Counted from the first letter of the whole stretch, positions 48,324 through 58,385 are shown. The stretch: 61,487 nucleotides of DNA, filler included, from 4 parts of 4 records of this genome joined end to end with filler, not necessarily neighbours in it, one strand, 5' to 3'. Notes: generated from the sequence alone by a model not told the origin. Made by a program: numbers and translations.

Positions 48324-49322
48324 TCAGTCAGAATAACGGATGCGATGGCAAAGGGTTTCCGGCGCTCCGGCGACAAGCCCCGCCAGAACTTCCGGCAGGG
48401 CCTCGAAGGGGCTCTCGTCGGTGATGAGAATGTCGAGCGCGGGATCGTCCAGCAGGGTCAGCGCCTCGGCCAGACGCTCGGCGTGCCGCGCCAGGTCCCG
48501 CCGGGATGGTGCCACGGCACCAACCTGGGAGGCCTGGATTGTCAGACGCTGGGAATGGAAGGCGCCGCCCAATGGCAGGGAAACTTCGCGGTCCCCGAAC
48601 CAGCTCAGCTCAAGAATGGTCGCTTCGAAGGCCGCGAGGTCGAGCGCCGTGCGCAAACCGGCCTCGGTCGCGCTGGCATGAAAGATCAGGCTGAATTTTT
48701 CCGGGTGTGCGCCAGCTTCCGCATAATGGAGGCCAAGCTGCCCGGCCACCGTTTTCCGGCTTTCCACCGGATCGAACACCCAGACTTCCGCCGCCCAGAA
48801 CCGGCGGGCAAGATATCCGGTCAGCAAACCGACCATGCCGCCGCCGACGACGGCGATCTGGCCTGTGCGCGCAGCTTCCGCATCCCAGACCGCATTCAAC
48901 GCCGTTTCCATATTCGCAGCCAGCACGGCCCGCTCCGGCGTCACGCCTTCCGGGATCGGAATAGCGGCGGCGGCGGGCAGCACGAAACGGGTCTGATGCG
49001 GGTAAAGCGCGAAGATCAGGGAGCCGGGCTTCAGCGCGGAGCCACTGACCACACGCGCAACAGCGGCATAGCCATATTTCACCGCCCCCGGGAACGGCCC
49101 TTCCTGAAATGGACACGCCATGCGTTCCCATTCGGAGGCAGGTACACCGCCCCGGAAAACAAGGCTCTCCGTGCCCTTGCTGACGGCGGAATAGACGGTT
49201 TCCGCCAGCACCTCGTCCGGCCTTGGCGCGGCAAGCCGGACCTCCCGGATCTCGCCCCGGCCATCGCCGAGGGACCAGAACGCCTGCGCGCCGTTGCTGC
49301 CAGCCTTATCCTGCCCGATCAT
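48324..49322 (-). CDS. MDR-superfamily (zinc-ADH fold) dehydrogenase
   Basis: [56 protein letters not shown]; the usual Zn-ligand Cys/His motifs are not visible. Confidence 0.85.
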   Translation of the reverse strand: MIGQDKAGSNGAQAFWSLGDGRGEIREVRLAAPRPDEVLAETVYSAVSKGTESLVFRGGVPASEWERMACPFQEGPFPGAVKYGYAAVARVVSGSALKPGSLIFALYPHQTRFVLPAAAAIPIPEGVTPERAVLAANMETALNAVWDAEAARTGQIAVVGGGMVGLLTGYLARRFWAAEVWVFDPVESRKTVAGQLGLHYAEAGAHPEKFSLIFHASATEAGLRTALDLAAFEATILELSWFGDREVSLPLGGAFHSQRLTIQASQVGAVAPSRRDLARHAERLAEALTLLDDPALDILITDESPFEALPEVLAGLVAGAPETLCHRIRYSD

Positions 49323-49440
49323 TTCCGCCTCATTGGAAGACGCACAAACCCTACCGGTGAAGGCCTAGTCCGTTGTGCTTCCGAGCGCAGCAAAAACTAT
49401 CGTGAGCGTGATGTTTTCGAGCTCTTCCCTACCCCAAAAC

Positions 49441-49527
49441 CGTCATCCCGCACTTGATGTGGTTCCCAGGGAACGAAGGGCGATGTTCTACGATCATCTG
49501 GGTCCCGGCTCTCCAGCCGGAATGACG
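49441..49527. repeat. CGTC-type REP inverted dimer (degenerate)
   Basis: CGTCATCCCGCAC...CCCAG ... CTGGGTCCCGGCTCTCCAGCCGGAATGACG. Confidence 0.7.
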
Positions 49528-49555
49528 AAGATGGATGGCCAGACGGGATATCGAT

Positions 49556-50086
49556 CTAAAACTTCTTGAGTCTCAGGCGAACTTTCAGATCCACAGGTGG
49601 AAATGAAACCAGATCGGCAGCATCAAAGACAACTTCAATTGGCACAAGCTGGTGCGATGTCCATTCGATCGCCTGCTGCCGATTGGCCGCAGCAACTTCC
49701 ATAGCAAGCGTACAATGCGGCACCCAATTTCCGGGCCTATAATGCTCGCGACAGGATTCAGGCTCCAAATGCCGGTGAATCTCTCCATGAAGCGCAACTA
49801 AATCATTAGAGCAAGATGGAGCGGCCCAGACCACGAGAGGGTCAGCATCAAAATAACAGAGACGATCAAAAGTCAGATGCACACAGGCCCGTTCCCGGAA
49901 TACAGACTGGACGATATCTCCGACCTCATTGGCTTCTATGTCATCCCATACGGCGAAAGTGATATGGGGCGGGTAATTGAGCCGTGACATTGTCGGCTCA
50001 TCCTCCAGCAAACCAAAATCATGCCAGAGCTGACGCACACGATCCGCGCTTCTGTTGTTCGCAGAAAGAGAAATCGCGTACGCCAT
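49556..50086 (-). CDS. 2H phosphoesterase (2'-5' RNA ligase family)
   Basis: Two HxT motifs: PPHITF and WVPHCTL. Confidence 0.85.
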   Translation of the reverse strand: MAYAISLSANNRSADRVRQLWHDFGLLEDEPTMSRLNYPPHITFAVWDDIEANEVGDIVQSVFRERACVHLTFDRLCYFDADPLVVWAAPSCSNDLVALHGEIHRHLEPESCREHYRPGNWVPHCTLAMEVAAANRQQAIEWTSHQLVPIEVVFDAADLVSFPPVDLKVRLRLKKF

Positions 50087-50119
50087 CAGTGACACACCTC
50101 AATTTGGGACAAGGTAACT

Positions 50120-51061
50120 TTATACCTCCGAAGCCTCCGGCAAACGCGCTTCCACACCGGTCAGCTTTTCATAGGCCTTGATCACCGCCGTACAGCTTTC
50201 ATCCTCGAACCCCATGATGGAGGCCAGTGCGTAGGTCTGGTGCACGGACTCGGCCATGAAACCCGGCAGCCCGGCCTGTTCCAGCCACTGCGCGTAATAG
50301 CGGACATCCTTCTGCGCGTTAGCAAGCGACATCAGCGGGGTGAAGTCGCGCTTCAGGGTGGCTTCACCGTAGAGATCCATCATGCCGGACTTGCCGCCCG
50401 CAGCGGAGATGATGCCGATCACCTTGTCCATGTCGAGCCCTTCCCGGGCGGCGAGCGCGAAGCCCTCGCACCAGGAGGCGACATTGGCGAAGGCGATGTA
50501 ATTGTGGATCAGCTTCAGCCGGACCGCATGACCGGCGGGGCCGACATGGAAGATGTTCTCGGCATAGGTCTCGAACAGCGGGCGCAACCGCTCCAGCAGA
50601 TCCCCGGAGCCGCCGAACAGGATATTAACCTCGCCCCGGTCCGCGTGCACCGGCGTCCGTGTCATCGGCGCCTCGCAATAGGCGATGTTGAGCGCGGCGC
50701 AGGCCTCACGCATCCTGTCCACATGATCGGGCGAGACCGTGGTGTGATCGAGGAAGACCGCCCCCTCGCGCATATGGGAGAGCAGACCGTCCGGCCCGAG
50801 CGCGAGTTTCTGGACCGCCTCCGCCGTGGTGATGCAGATGCCGAGCACATCTGCCCCGGCCGCCATTGCCGCCAGATCCGACTCGGCGCGGGCACCCTGC
50901 GAGACGGCCAGCGCCACCGCTTCCGAGTCGAGATCATGGACCGCGACCGTGGCGCCTCCAACCAGCATGTTCTTCACAACCCCGCGGCCCATGCCGCCGA
51001 GGCCGATGAAGCCGACGGAGAAATCCGTTGCCGTTTCTGTGCCCGTATCGTTTCCGCTCAT
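50120..51061 (-). CDS. Beta-hydroxyacid dehydrogenase (3-hydroxyisobutyrate dehydrogenase family)
   Basis: GFIGLGGMG, DHTTVSP, EAPM, KLIHN, QKDVRY. Confidence 0.9.
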   Translation of the reverse strand: MSGNDTGTETATDFSVGFIGLGGMGRGVVKNMLVGGATVAVHDLDSEAVALAVSQGARAESDLAAMAAGADVLGICITTAEAVQKLALGPDGLLSHMREGAVFLDHTTVSPDHVDRMREACAALNIAYCEAPMTRTPVHADRGEVNILFGGSGDLLERLRPLFETYAENIFHVGPAGHAVRLKLIHNYIAFANVASWCEGFALAAREGLDMDKVIGIISAAGGKSGMMDLYGEATLKRDFTPLMSLANAQKDVRYYAQWLEQAGLPGFMAESVHQTYALASIMGFEDESCTAVIKAYEKLTGVEARLPEASEV

Positions 51062-51185
51062 GTCCCGCCCTCCTGCTACGATCGATCTTGTCGACTTGCC
51101 GGAAGAGTGCCGGATTTTTGCTACATTATTAAGGTGTTATTCCGTTTTGATGGCGCTAAAGCGTTCTTGCGGCACGCCCCCTCAC

Positions 51186-51267
51186 CGTCATTCCCGCGAA
51201 GGCGGGAACCCAGGGATCATAGAGTTGTATTCGTCATCCCTGGGTCCCTGCTTTCGCAGGGATGACG
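51186..51267. repeat. CGTC-type REP inverted dimer
   Basis: CGTCATTCCCGCGAAGGCGGGAACCCAGGGAT...ATCCCTGGGTCCCTGCTTTCGCAGGGATGACG. Confidence 0.85.
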
Positions 51268-51293
51268 ATCAGAGAAAATGATGTGCAGAAATC

Positions 51294-51321
51294 AAAAAGG
51301 GCCGGTCGAACCGGCCCTTTT
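51294..51321. terminator. Rho-independent terminator after peroxiredoxin
   Basis: AAAAAGGGCCGGT-CGA-ACCGGCCCTTTT. Confidence 0.85.
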
Positions 51322-51338
51322 CCCAAAATGGTCAGCCC

Positions 51339-51974
51339 TTACGCGCCCGGCTGATCGACCACCCGGAGATAGGGGCGCTGCTCGTCCCAGCCGCCCGGAA
51401 ACAGCTTCTTCGCATCGTCGTTCGACAGAGCCGGGACGATGATGCACTTGTCGCCGCTGGTCCAGTTCACCGGCGTGGCCACCTTGTGCTTGTCGGTCAG
51501 CTGCAGGGAATCGACCACGCGCAGGATCTCGTCGAAATTCCGTCCGGTGCTGGCCGGATAGGTCAGGATCAGACGGACTTTCTTGTTGCCGTCGATGACA
51601 AAGACAGAGCGCACCGTCAGCGTGTCGTTCGCGTTCGGGTGGATCATATCGTAGAGACCGGCCACCGTCTTGTCGTGGTCCGCCACCAGCGGGAAGTTCA
51701 GGTTGTTGCCCTGGGTCTGCTTGATGTCGTCGGCCCATTTTTCGTGGTCGCCGAGACCGTCGACGGAAAGGCCGAGCACCTTGACTCCGCGCTTGTCGAA
51801 TTCCGGCTTCAGACCGGCCATGTAGCCGAGCTCGGTGGTGCAGACCGGGGTGAAATCTTTCGGATGCGAGAACAGGATGACCCAGTTATCGCCCGCATAA
51901 TCATAGAAGTTGATCTTGCCGTCCGTGGAATCCTGCGTGAAATCAGGCGCTATATCGCCAAGCCGGATGGTCAT
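51339..51974 (-). CDS. 1-Cys peroxiredoxin (Prx6 type)
   Basis: FSHPKDFTPVCTTE, TVRSVF, YPASTGRNFDEILR, ATPVNW. Confidence 0.96.
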   Translation of the reverse strand: MTIRLGDIAPDFTQDSTDGKINFYDYAGDNWVILFSHPKDFTPVCTTELGYMAGLKPEFDKRGVKVLGLSVDGLGDHEKWADDIKQTQGNNLNFPLVADHDKTVAGLYDMIHPNANDTLTVRSVFVIDGNKKVRLILTYPASTGRNFDEILRVVDSLQLTDKHKVATPVNWTSGDKCIIVPALSNDDAKKLFPGGWDEQRPYLRVVDQPGA

Positions 51975-52112
51975 GGCCTTCTCCTCCTGGTTTGATCTTT
52001 TGAAGTCGTCCGCCTCCCTCCCGGGGAATGCGCGAGCGACGGCACTATAAGCGCAAGCGGGGCCGGGCGAAACCGCCACGACCCCGCTTTTAACCTTAAA
52101 CCCGATGCCGGA

Positions 52113-52739
52113 TCAGGGCAGTTCCATGCCCTTGCTCAGAGCCGGACGCGCCATCATGGCGTCGAACCAGCGCTTCACGTTCGGAAACTGGGCCAGGTCC
52201 ACTTCCTGCCACTCATGCCGGAAGACCCAGGGCAGGGTCGCGAAATCGGCGATGGAGACCTCGTCATTGGCGAGATAATCGCGGCCTTCGAGGCGGCTGT
52301 TCAGCACGCCATAGAGACGCAGGCATTCCTTGCCATAACGCTCGATGCCATAGGGCACTTTCTCTTTCGCGGCACGCTTGAAATGGTGCACCTGACCGAA
52401 GATCGGGCCGATGCCGCCCATCTGGAACATCAGCCATTGGATGACTTCATAGCGTTTCGCCATGTCGGTCGGCATGAACTTGCCGGTTTTCTCCGCCAGA
52501 TACATCAGGATCGCGCCGGATTCGATGACCGTGTAAGGCTTTCCGTCCGGGCCGTCCGGGTCGATAATCGCCGGGATCTTCGAGTTCGGGTTGATGGCGA
52601 TGAATTCAGGCGTGAACTGGTCATCCTCACCGATATTGATCGGATGCAGGTTGTACGGAATTCCGCACTCTTCCAGCATGATCGTGATCTTGCGGCCGTT
52701 CGACGTTTTCCAAGTGTAGCAATCTATCGGTGCCGTCAT
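52113..52739 (-). CDS. Glutathione S-transferase family disulfide reductase (YfcG-like)
   Basis: TSNGRKI, INPNSKIPAI, ESGAILMYLAEK, QWLMFQMGGIGP; start at ATG 52739. Confidence 0.92.
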   Translation of the reverse strand: MTAPIDCYTWKTSNGRKITIMLEECGIPYNLHPINIGEDDQFTPEFIAINPNSKIPAIIDPDGPDGKPYTVIESGAILMYLAEKTGKFMPTDMAKRYEVIQWLMFQMGGIGPIFGQVHHFKRAAKEKVPYGIERYGKECLRLYGVLNSRLEGRDYLANDEVSIADFATLPWVFRHEWQEVDLAQFPNVKRWFDAMMARPALSKGMELP

Positions 52740-52775
52740 GGCTTCCCCCTTTTGAATTCTTGAACTGTCATACAA

Positions 52776-52809
52776 GAAAAGACGGGTGCGTTTCCGCAAC
52801 CGTCTTTTC
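52776..52809. terminator. Terminator hairpin after the molybdoprotein gene
   Basis: GAAAAGACGG...CCGTCTTTTC. Confidence 0.65.
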
Positions 52810-52819
52810 AGAACGAGAC

Positions 52820-53096
52820 TTATTCAGCCGCCGCGAGTTTGCCCGCGTTGGCAACGGCCCAGATTTTCTCCGGCGTTGCCGGCATGTCGATATTGGTGAC
52901 GCCGAGCGCATCGCAGACCGCGCTGATCGCGGCCGGCGGGGCACCAATGGCGCCGGCCTCGCCGGAGCCCTTGATGCCGAGCGGGTTGGTCGTGCACCAG
53001 ACATTATGGGTTTCGAAATCGACCCACGGCACATGGTCCGCACGCGGCAGGGTGTAATCCATGTAAGAGCCGGTCACGAGCTGGCCGCTCTCGTCG
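52820..53096 (-). CDS. Xanthine dehydrogenase/CoxL-family molybdopterin subunit, C-terminal fragment
   Basis: [39 protein letters not shown]. Confidence 0.9.
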
Positions 53097-53196
53097 NNNN
53101 NNNNNNNNNNNNNNNNNNNNNNNNNNNNNNNNNNNNNNNNTTAATTAATTAANNNNNNNNNNNNNNNNNNNNNNNNNNNNNNNNNNNNNNNNNNNN
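53097..53196. other. Artificial contig linker
   Basis: N44-TTAATTAATTAA-N44. Confidence 0.99.
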
Positions 53197-55317
53197 GTCA
53201 AGACGATGCGAAAGTTCCTCCCAGGCGGGGGCGCTTGTTATCGATTGTTCGCTCCCCAGGACTTCGATTTCCGGAATCCACCATGACGCCGTCCCGCCCA
53301 TGCGCAGTTTCAGCGCAAGGTCGAGCCCCTTTTCCGACGGGCCAATATAGCCACGAGTAAAACCGTTTATGTCTTCGAATGCCTTGCGCGGCATGACGCA
53401 ACATTCCGGGGTTCCGGCACTGACTTCGGTCGGTTCGGCATCGGCCAGAACGGCACGCGGATAACCGACATAACGATCCGACAAATACTGCCCGTCGACA
53501 TCGCCCTCGATCCAGGTGCCTGCCCAACGGACGGAATCATCTTCAAACAGGATCGTCGGACAGACGACGCATTTGCTGCCGCGTTTGCGATAAGCCGCCA
53601 GCAATGGCTCGAACCAGCCTGTGTCGTGTGGCAGGATGTGTGCTGACACCAACGCGATTGTTTCGGAATTCGTTGCAGCAACGCCAACCTCAAGCGCGTC
53701 GCAGAAATCCTCGACGCCCTCGGCAAAAACGATGCGGACATTAAGTTTATAAAAGGCCGCCAGCCTCATCATGTCGCTGCCGACCTGATCAAAACTTTCG
53801 GCGGGGCCTGCTATCACAATCGGCAGATGGCGCGTGACCTCATCAAGGCCAAGCAAGGCAATAGTCACACCGATATCGCTAATCGTGTCGTCAACACCAA
53901 CGATCAGGGTAACTGGCGCGTCTTCATCGAAATTGCCGATATCATGGGTATCGATGGCAAACGGGCTTTGCGCCGTCATGTTCTGCAACATCGGGCCAAA
54001 CTGTCGTTCGATGCTGTTTGATGCCGTAACCGAACGCGGATCAAGGGACGGCAGAACCCGCGACAATGCCTGTCGCGCCGACGCACGGGTCGGGTTTAGC
54101 GGGCAATAGGCCGGGAACGCGTCGGATATGGCCAGTTCCAGATAAACCGGCTGATCGGATGACGGTGTATCTTCCAGCGGACAGAACACCAGAAAACCAT
54201 GGCTGTTACGTGCCGGGTTAAGCCCCGAAAACATCGGATCGTTCAGAAATGCATTGGTAACGTCGGGCCGTGACTGCCGGGTCCAGCGATCATCAATCCG
54301 AACCGCTTCACCGCCAACGCGCAACATGACGGTTTCAACCGCACGATCAGGGTCAAGCATCCAGCCCGATACCAGAATGCCACTGCCTTCTATCACCAGC
54401 GAAAAGTCGATCCCGATCCGCACCGGACGATCCAGTTCGGAAACAGTATCGCGACCGTCAAAGCGATGGGCTGCCATCCGGATTTGCGCAAGGATGTTAT
54501 CGGGCGCCTTTACCCGATCCAGAACAGAACGGATATGCGCAGGCACATCTTGCAAGGCAACCAGCACGCGCTGCTGATAAACCTCGATCGAGAACCAGCC
54601 ATCACGACCACGGAAATAAACGCGCTGCAACTTGCTCGGATTGATCCTGGTGTCGCCAGCCATAAGCCCGGTAACGCCCGATGCATGTTCACCAAGATCA
54701 TCGCGTTGAAATTCAGCACTGGTCAGTTCGGCAAGAACCGGGCCTTCGTCTATCGCGATCACGCGGGTGCGGCCGGTCGGGAAATTGCTCGACCAGCCCT
54801 GAATGTAAATATCGCCTTCTTCCAGACCGCCCAGAACTTCGATAAAGCCGTTGCTTCGTGCAGCAATCCGGACAAGGGCAGCCACAGTGCGCAAACGCTT
54901 CTTGTTCGGGTTGCCGGCCAGAAGCGCCTCGATAACGCCGTCAATCACGGTCGCGAATGCCGACCCGGATTGCTCGGCCACGGCAGATAGAATGGATTCA
55001 AGTCCCTGCGAGCGGCTTTCAATCCGATATTCGCCGGGCTGTCCCGGTGCCTTGAACAGGGCCGTTTTCAATCGGCGTTGCGATACATTCTGCATCGGCA
55101 GAAGTGCGACAAAACCAAAAGCAGCCTCGGGTGGGCCATCGGCACGACGCCAACTGATGATTGATGCCTGAACCTTGGCATCAGATTGACCGTTCAGGAA
55201 TACATCGATTGTCGCGGGCATCGCAGCACCGACACCCGCCATAAGCGCAAGCCCGTCATCGACCAAAGCGGCCACAACGGTCCTGCCGTCCAGCGGCATT
55301 CCAGACGGTTCAGTCAT
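53197..55317 (-). CDS. WgeF/ExpE6-like protein with degenerate C-terminal GT2 fold, 3' truncated
   Basis: C-terminus aligns by eye with the GT2 domain of 58382-60634 (ILFEDDSVRWAG, INGFTRGY, DLALKLR); sixth gene of a wge-like order. Confidence 0.7.
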
Positions 55318-55476
55318 GCCCTGCCCTCCTTGTCATTTCTTGTGATTGTGAATTGAAAAACAGTTCAGCCAGACCGAACGGCACCGTCATTACAAATGAC
55401 GGCGCCGAAAAATCCGCGCTGCCGGTACTTTCGAGCAATTCGCGATGATTGTTGGCCTTTGTCATGACGCCCTGCC

Positions 55477-56259
55477 TCACCAAACCATTGCGCCGATGGA
55501 AAGTCCGACCGTCACACCAATCAGGCAGGACAGCACCAAAAGCGGCGTTTTCAGATCGTTGCGATGCCGCTCGGTCAATACGGAAAGACGTTCGTCAAAT
55601 CCGCCAAGTGACTTGTCGAAGCGAACCAGGAAAACTTCGAGTTCCTCAACACGACGGGTCAGTTCGTCCTGCCCGGTACGAACAAGCTTCACACCGGCCT
55701 CGATCCCGTCATCGGCGGACGCCAGTTCATCCATGCGCTTGGATGCATCAACAAGGCGCTTGGCGGCTTCACGCTGACCATTTTGTAAAATGTGCTGAGC
55801 CGCCAGCAAACGATCAAGCCGGTCCAGAATTTTCGAAAGCGGCGCGTTGACGGCCGATTGCGCCTGCTGTTCGCTTTGCGACGGAATGCGCAACTCGATC
55901 TGATCGCCGGTTTCAGGCGCAATCGCGAAAACGCTAACATTTTCAACACTTGCCAAGGCGGCTTCGGGAAGCTCCACCTCGAATGCGTGGGCACCGTCGC
56001 CTATGCCATTACGGCGCAGGTCGACACGCTCGTTTTCGGCCTTCATCCGCAACAAGGTATGCCCGTTCAGACGAACGATAACTTCGATGCGCGCATCCGG
56101 GCGCTCCGGGCACCAGACCCAGCCAAACAACCGTTGACGATCAATCGCATCAACGCGTCCCTCGATTGTCGGGATCGCCGGTTCGACATCGTTTTTTGCC
56201 GCATCATTGGCAACGGGCTTTGCAGATGTTTCTGATAGGTCTTTCTGGGCAATCGCCAT
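55477..56259 (-). CDS. Membrane-anchored protein, WgeE/ExpE5-like
   Basis: EGRVDAI...FGWVW...RVDL..NGIGDGAHAF domain, coiled coil, C-terminal TM helix. Confidence 0.75.
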   Translation of the reverse strand: MAIAQKDLSETSAKPVANDAAKNDVEPAIPTIEGRVDAIDRQRLFGWVWCPERPDARIEVIVRLNGHTLLRMKAENERVDLRRNGIGDGAHAFEVELPEAALASVENVSVFAIAPETGDQIELRIPSQSEQQAQSAVNAPLSKILDRLDRLLAAQHILQNGQREAAKRLVDASKRMDELASADDGIEAGVKLVRTGQDELTRRVEELEVFLVRFDKSLGGFDERLSVLTERHRNDLKTPLLVLSCLIGVTVGLSIGAMVW

Positions 56260-56280
56260 GAATGCCTCCTTTTATCTGTG

Positions 56281-57543
56281 TCAGGCCGCGACGAAATCGG
56301 GACGGATCATCTTGCGAAACAGCACAAGGTGCTTTTGCGCAACTTCATCGATACCGGCTGGCGGACGCACATGCCCCGACAGCTTCTTCCAGAGTTTCGG
56401 ATTGGTGGCACAGTCCTTCATCACACGGGCAAGATCGGCCGGATCATCGGCGCGCACGTGAATACCGTCATGACCATCGCGGACCATTTCAGCCATGCCG
56501 CCGATGCCGCTTGTGATCACAGGACGGCCATGCTGGAACGCTTCCTGAATGACTAGCGGGGCATTTTCCCACCAGATCGACGGTACGACGACCCAATCGA
56601 TGCGTGCCATCAGTTCGGGGATATCGGCTCGTTCATAGGCCCCCATACGGTGAACTTTCGAACCGGTTGCATCGAAAAGACCATCAATCTTTTCATTAAA
56701 GGCAACAGTCTGGAACGGTGCCCCGCCGTGAATACGCAATTCAAAATCAACATCATCGGCTGCCAGTTTCTGACTGGCTTCAAGCAGAACATCCGCCCCC
56801 TTCCATGGGTTCAGATTGCCGAAATAACCAAACACATTTGGCATCCCGGCCCCCATATCGCGTTTGGGTGCGGCCGGTACGGACGGGCGACCATTGTGCA
56901 TGACTTCGATCTTTGCCGGGTCAATTCCCCAATCGACATAGCGATCACGCAGGAACGCGCTTGGAGACAGAAAGCGATCAACAACGCGAAGATGATTGCG
57001 CAGATTGACCGTCCGCATTGAAAACCGTTCCGGCGCAATGCCATCAAGACCACAACGTTTGCCAATCCGGTCCGCTTCCAGATAACGCTGACGGGTCCCG
57101 CGATGGATCATCAACCCGTCATTCGGGCAAATCGCATAGTAGTCATGCAAGGTCATCACGATCTGGCAATGCGGCAAAACACGGCGGATCAGAATCGGCA
57201 ACTCGATCCCCCAAAGAACCAGATGATGGATATGCACCACATCCGGATCCCAGGTTTTCAGTAGCTCGGTAAAATTCGGCGCGACGGCATAAAGATCCGT
57301 CTGCGACATGTTAAACCGGTCAAAATGCCCCGCCCAGAACAGCATTTCATCACCGGCATCATTGATCGCCTGAAAGCTGGTGCCAGGGCGACGTTCACGA
57401 TGGATATCGTTGGTCGCGCCAATGAAAATGGCTTCGCACCCTGCCCGCTTATAGGCATTAAACAGATCGTGGGCGAAAATCTCGGTGCCGCCGGGATGCA
57501 AATCGGGATGATTATGAGCCAGAACCATGATGCGCGGGTTCAT
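56281..57543 (-). CDS. Glycosyltransferase family 4, WgeD/ExpE4-like
   Basis: HPGGTEIFA, PDVVHIHH, TLHDY, PWKG, PSIWWENAPLVIQEA. Confidence 0.92.
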   Translation of the reverse strand: MNPRIMVLAHNHPDLHPGGTEIFAHDLFNAYKRAGCEAIFIGATNDIHRERRPGTSFQAINDAGDEMLFWAGHFDRFNMSQTDLYAVAPNFTELLKTWDPDVVHIHHLVLWGIELPILIRRVLPHCQIVMTLHDYYAICPNDGLMIHRGTRQRYLEADRIGKRCGLDGIAPERFSMRTVNLRNHLRVVDRFLSPSAFLRDRYVDWGIDPAKIEVMHNGRPSVPAAPKRDMGAGMPNVFGYFGNLNPWKGADVLLEASQKLAADDVDFELRIHGGAPFQTVAFNEKIDGLFDATGSKVHRMGAYERADIPELMARIDWVVVPSIWWENAPLVIQEAFQHGRPVITSGIGGMAEMVRDGHDGIHVRADDPADLARVMKDCATNPKLWKKLSGHVRPPAGIDEVAQKHLVLFRKMIRPDFVAA

Positions 57544-58385
57544 GCGTTCCTCCGCGGTTTTTCTGCAATCAGGAAGTCCTGGTAATGATCGGCCTGATCA
57601 CCGTGCCAGGTTCCGAAACTTTTGGATTTCAGGGTAAATCCGGCGGCACTCATCGCGCCGTCGATGAAACCATCATCAAAGCCGACGGCCGCCATCGGGT
57701 TTTCACCCTTAAGATGCCAGCACGGCTGGTTTTCAAGTTTTTCCAGACTGGTCAGTCGCGGATCGCAACCGGGCTTTGAAAGTTCTTCTGGATCGCGAAT
57801 GATGAATGCCGTCAGAAACAGCTTCCCGCCCGGGCGCAGCACGCGGAACACCTCGGTGCAATAGGTTTCGATTTCTTCAGGCGGCAAGTGGGTTGCCACC
57901 GAGATCATTGCGGTGAAATCGAATGCACCATCCTGAAAAGGCAACCGCATGCCACGCCCGCCGATGGATCCTTCGGGATTATACAGCGCGTTTTTGACGT
58001 CCTGCGTCTGGAAACCAAAATTTGGATAAGCGGGTGAAATCGTGCGCTTGCACCATTCAATCCCGTTTGCAACCGGGTCAATGCCTTCGTAGATCGCATT
58101 GGACGCATCAAGATACTGGGTCAGTGGCACCGCAATCCGCCCGATGCCGCACCCGATATCAAGCACATCATGGTCAGGCATAAGGCCCGCCCGGCGGACA
58201 AAATGCCCCAGAAATTCGGCACCGATGGCACGATAGTCGCCATCGCCGACAAAAACGGCTTCTTCGGGCGGTACCGGCAGAAAACGATTGGCGATGATCT
58301 GCTTGCAAAGCCAGTCCAGATGCTGTTCGCTTTTGGCGTCGAGCACCGGTTCATCATGGTTGGAAAATGCCAGAACCTGGCTCAT
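57540..58385 (-). CDS. Class I SAM methyltransferase, WgeC/ExpE3-like
   Basis: VLDIGCGIGR, LPFQDGAFD, SVATHL, RVLRPGG. Confidence 0.92.
   Translation of the reverse strand: MSQVLAFSNHDEPVLDAKSEQHLDWLCKQIIANRFLPVPPEEAVFVGDGDYRAIGAEFLGHFVRRAGLMPDHDVLDIGCGIGRIAVPLTQYLDASNAIYEGIDPVANGIEWCKRTISPAYPNFGFQTQDVKNALYNPEGSIGGRGMRLPFQDGAFDFTAMISVATHLPPEEIETYCTEVFRVLRPGGKLFLTAFIIRDPEELSKPGCDPRLTSLEKLENQPCWHLKGENPMAAVGFDDGFIDGAMSAAGFTLKSKSFGTWHGDQADHYQDFLIAEKPRRNA

Noticed and set aside
52820-53096. Calling this a true CO dehydrogenase or linking it to the purine genes
   Set aside because: The diagnostic active-site loop is outside the contig, so only the family can be assigned
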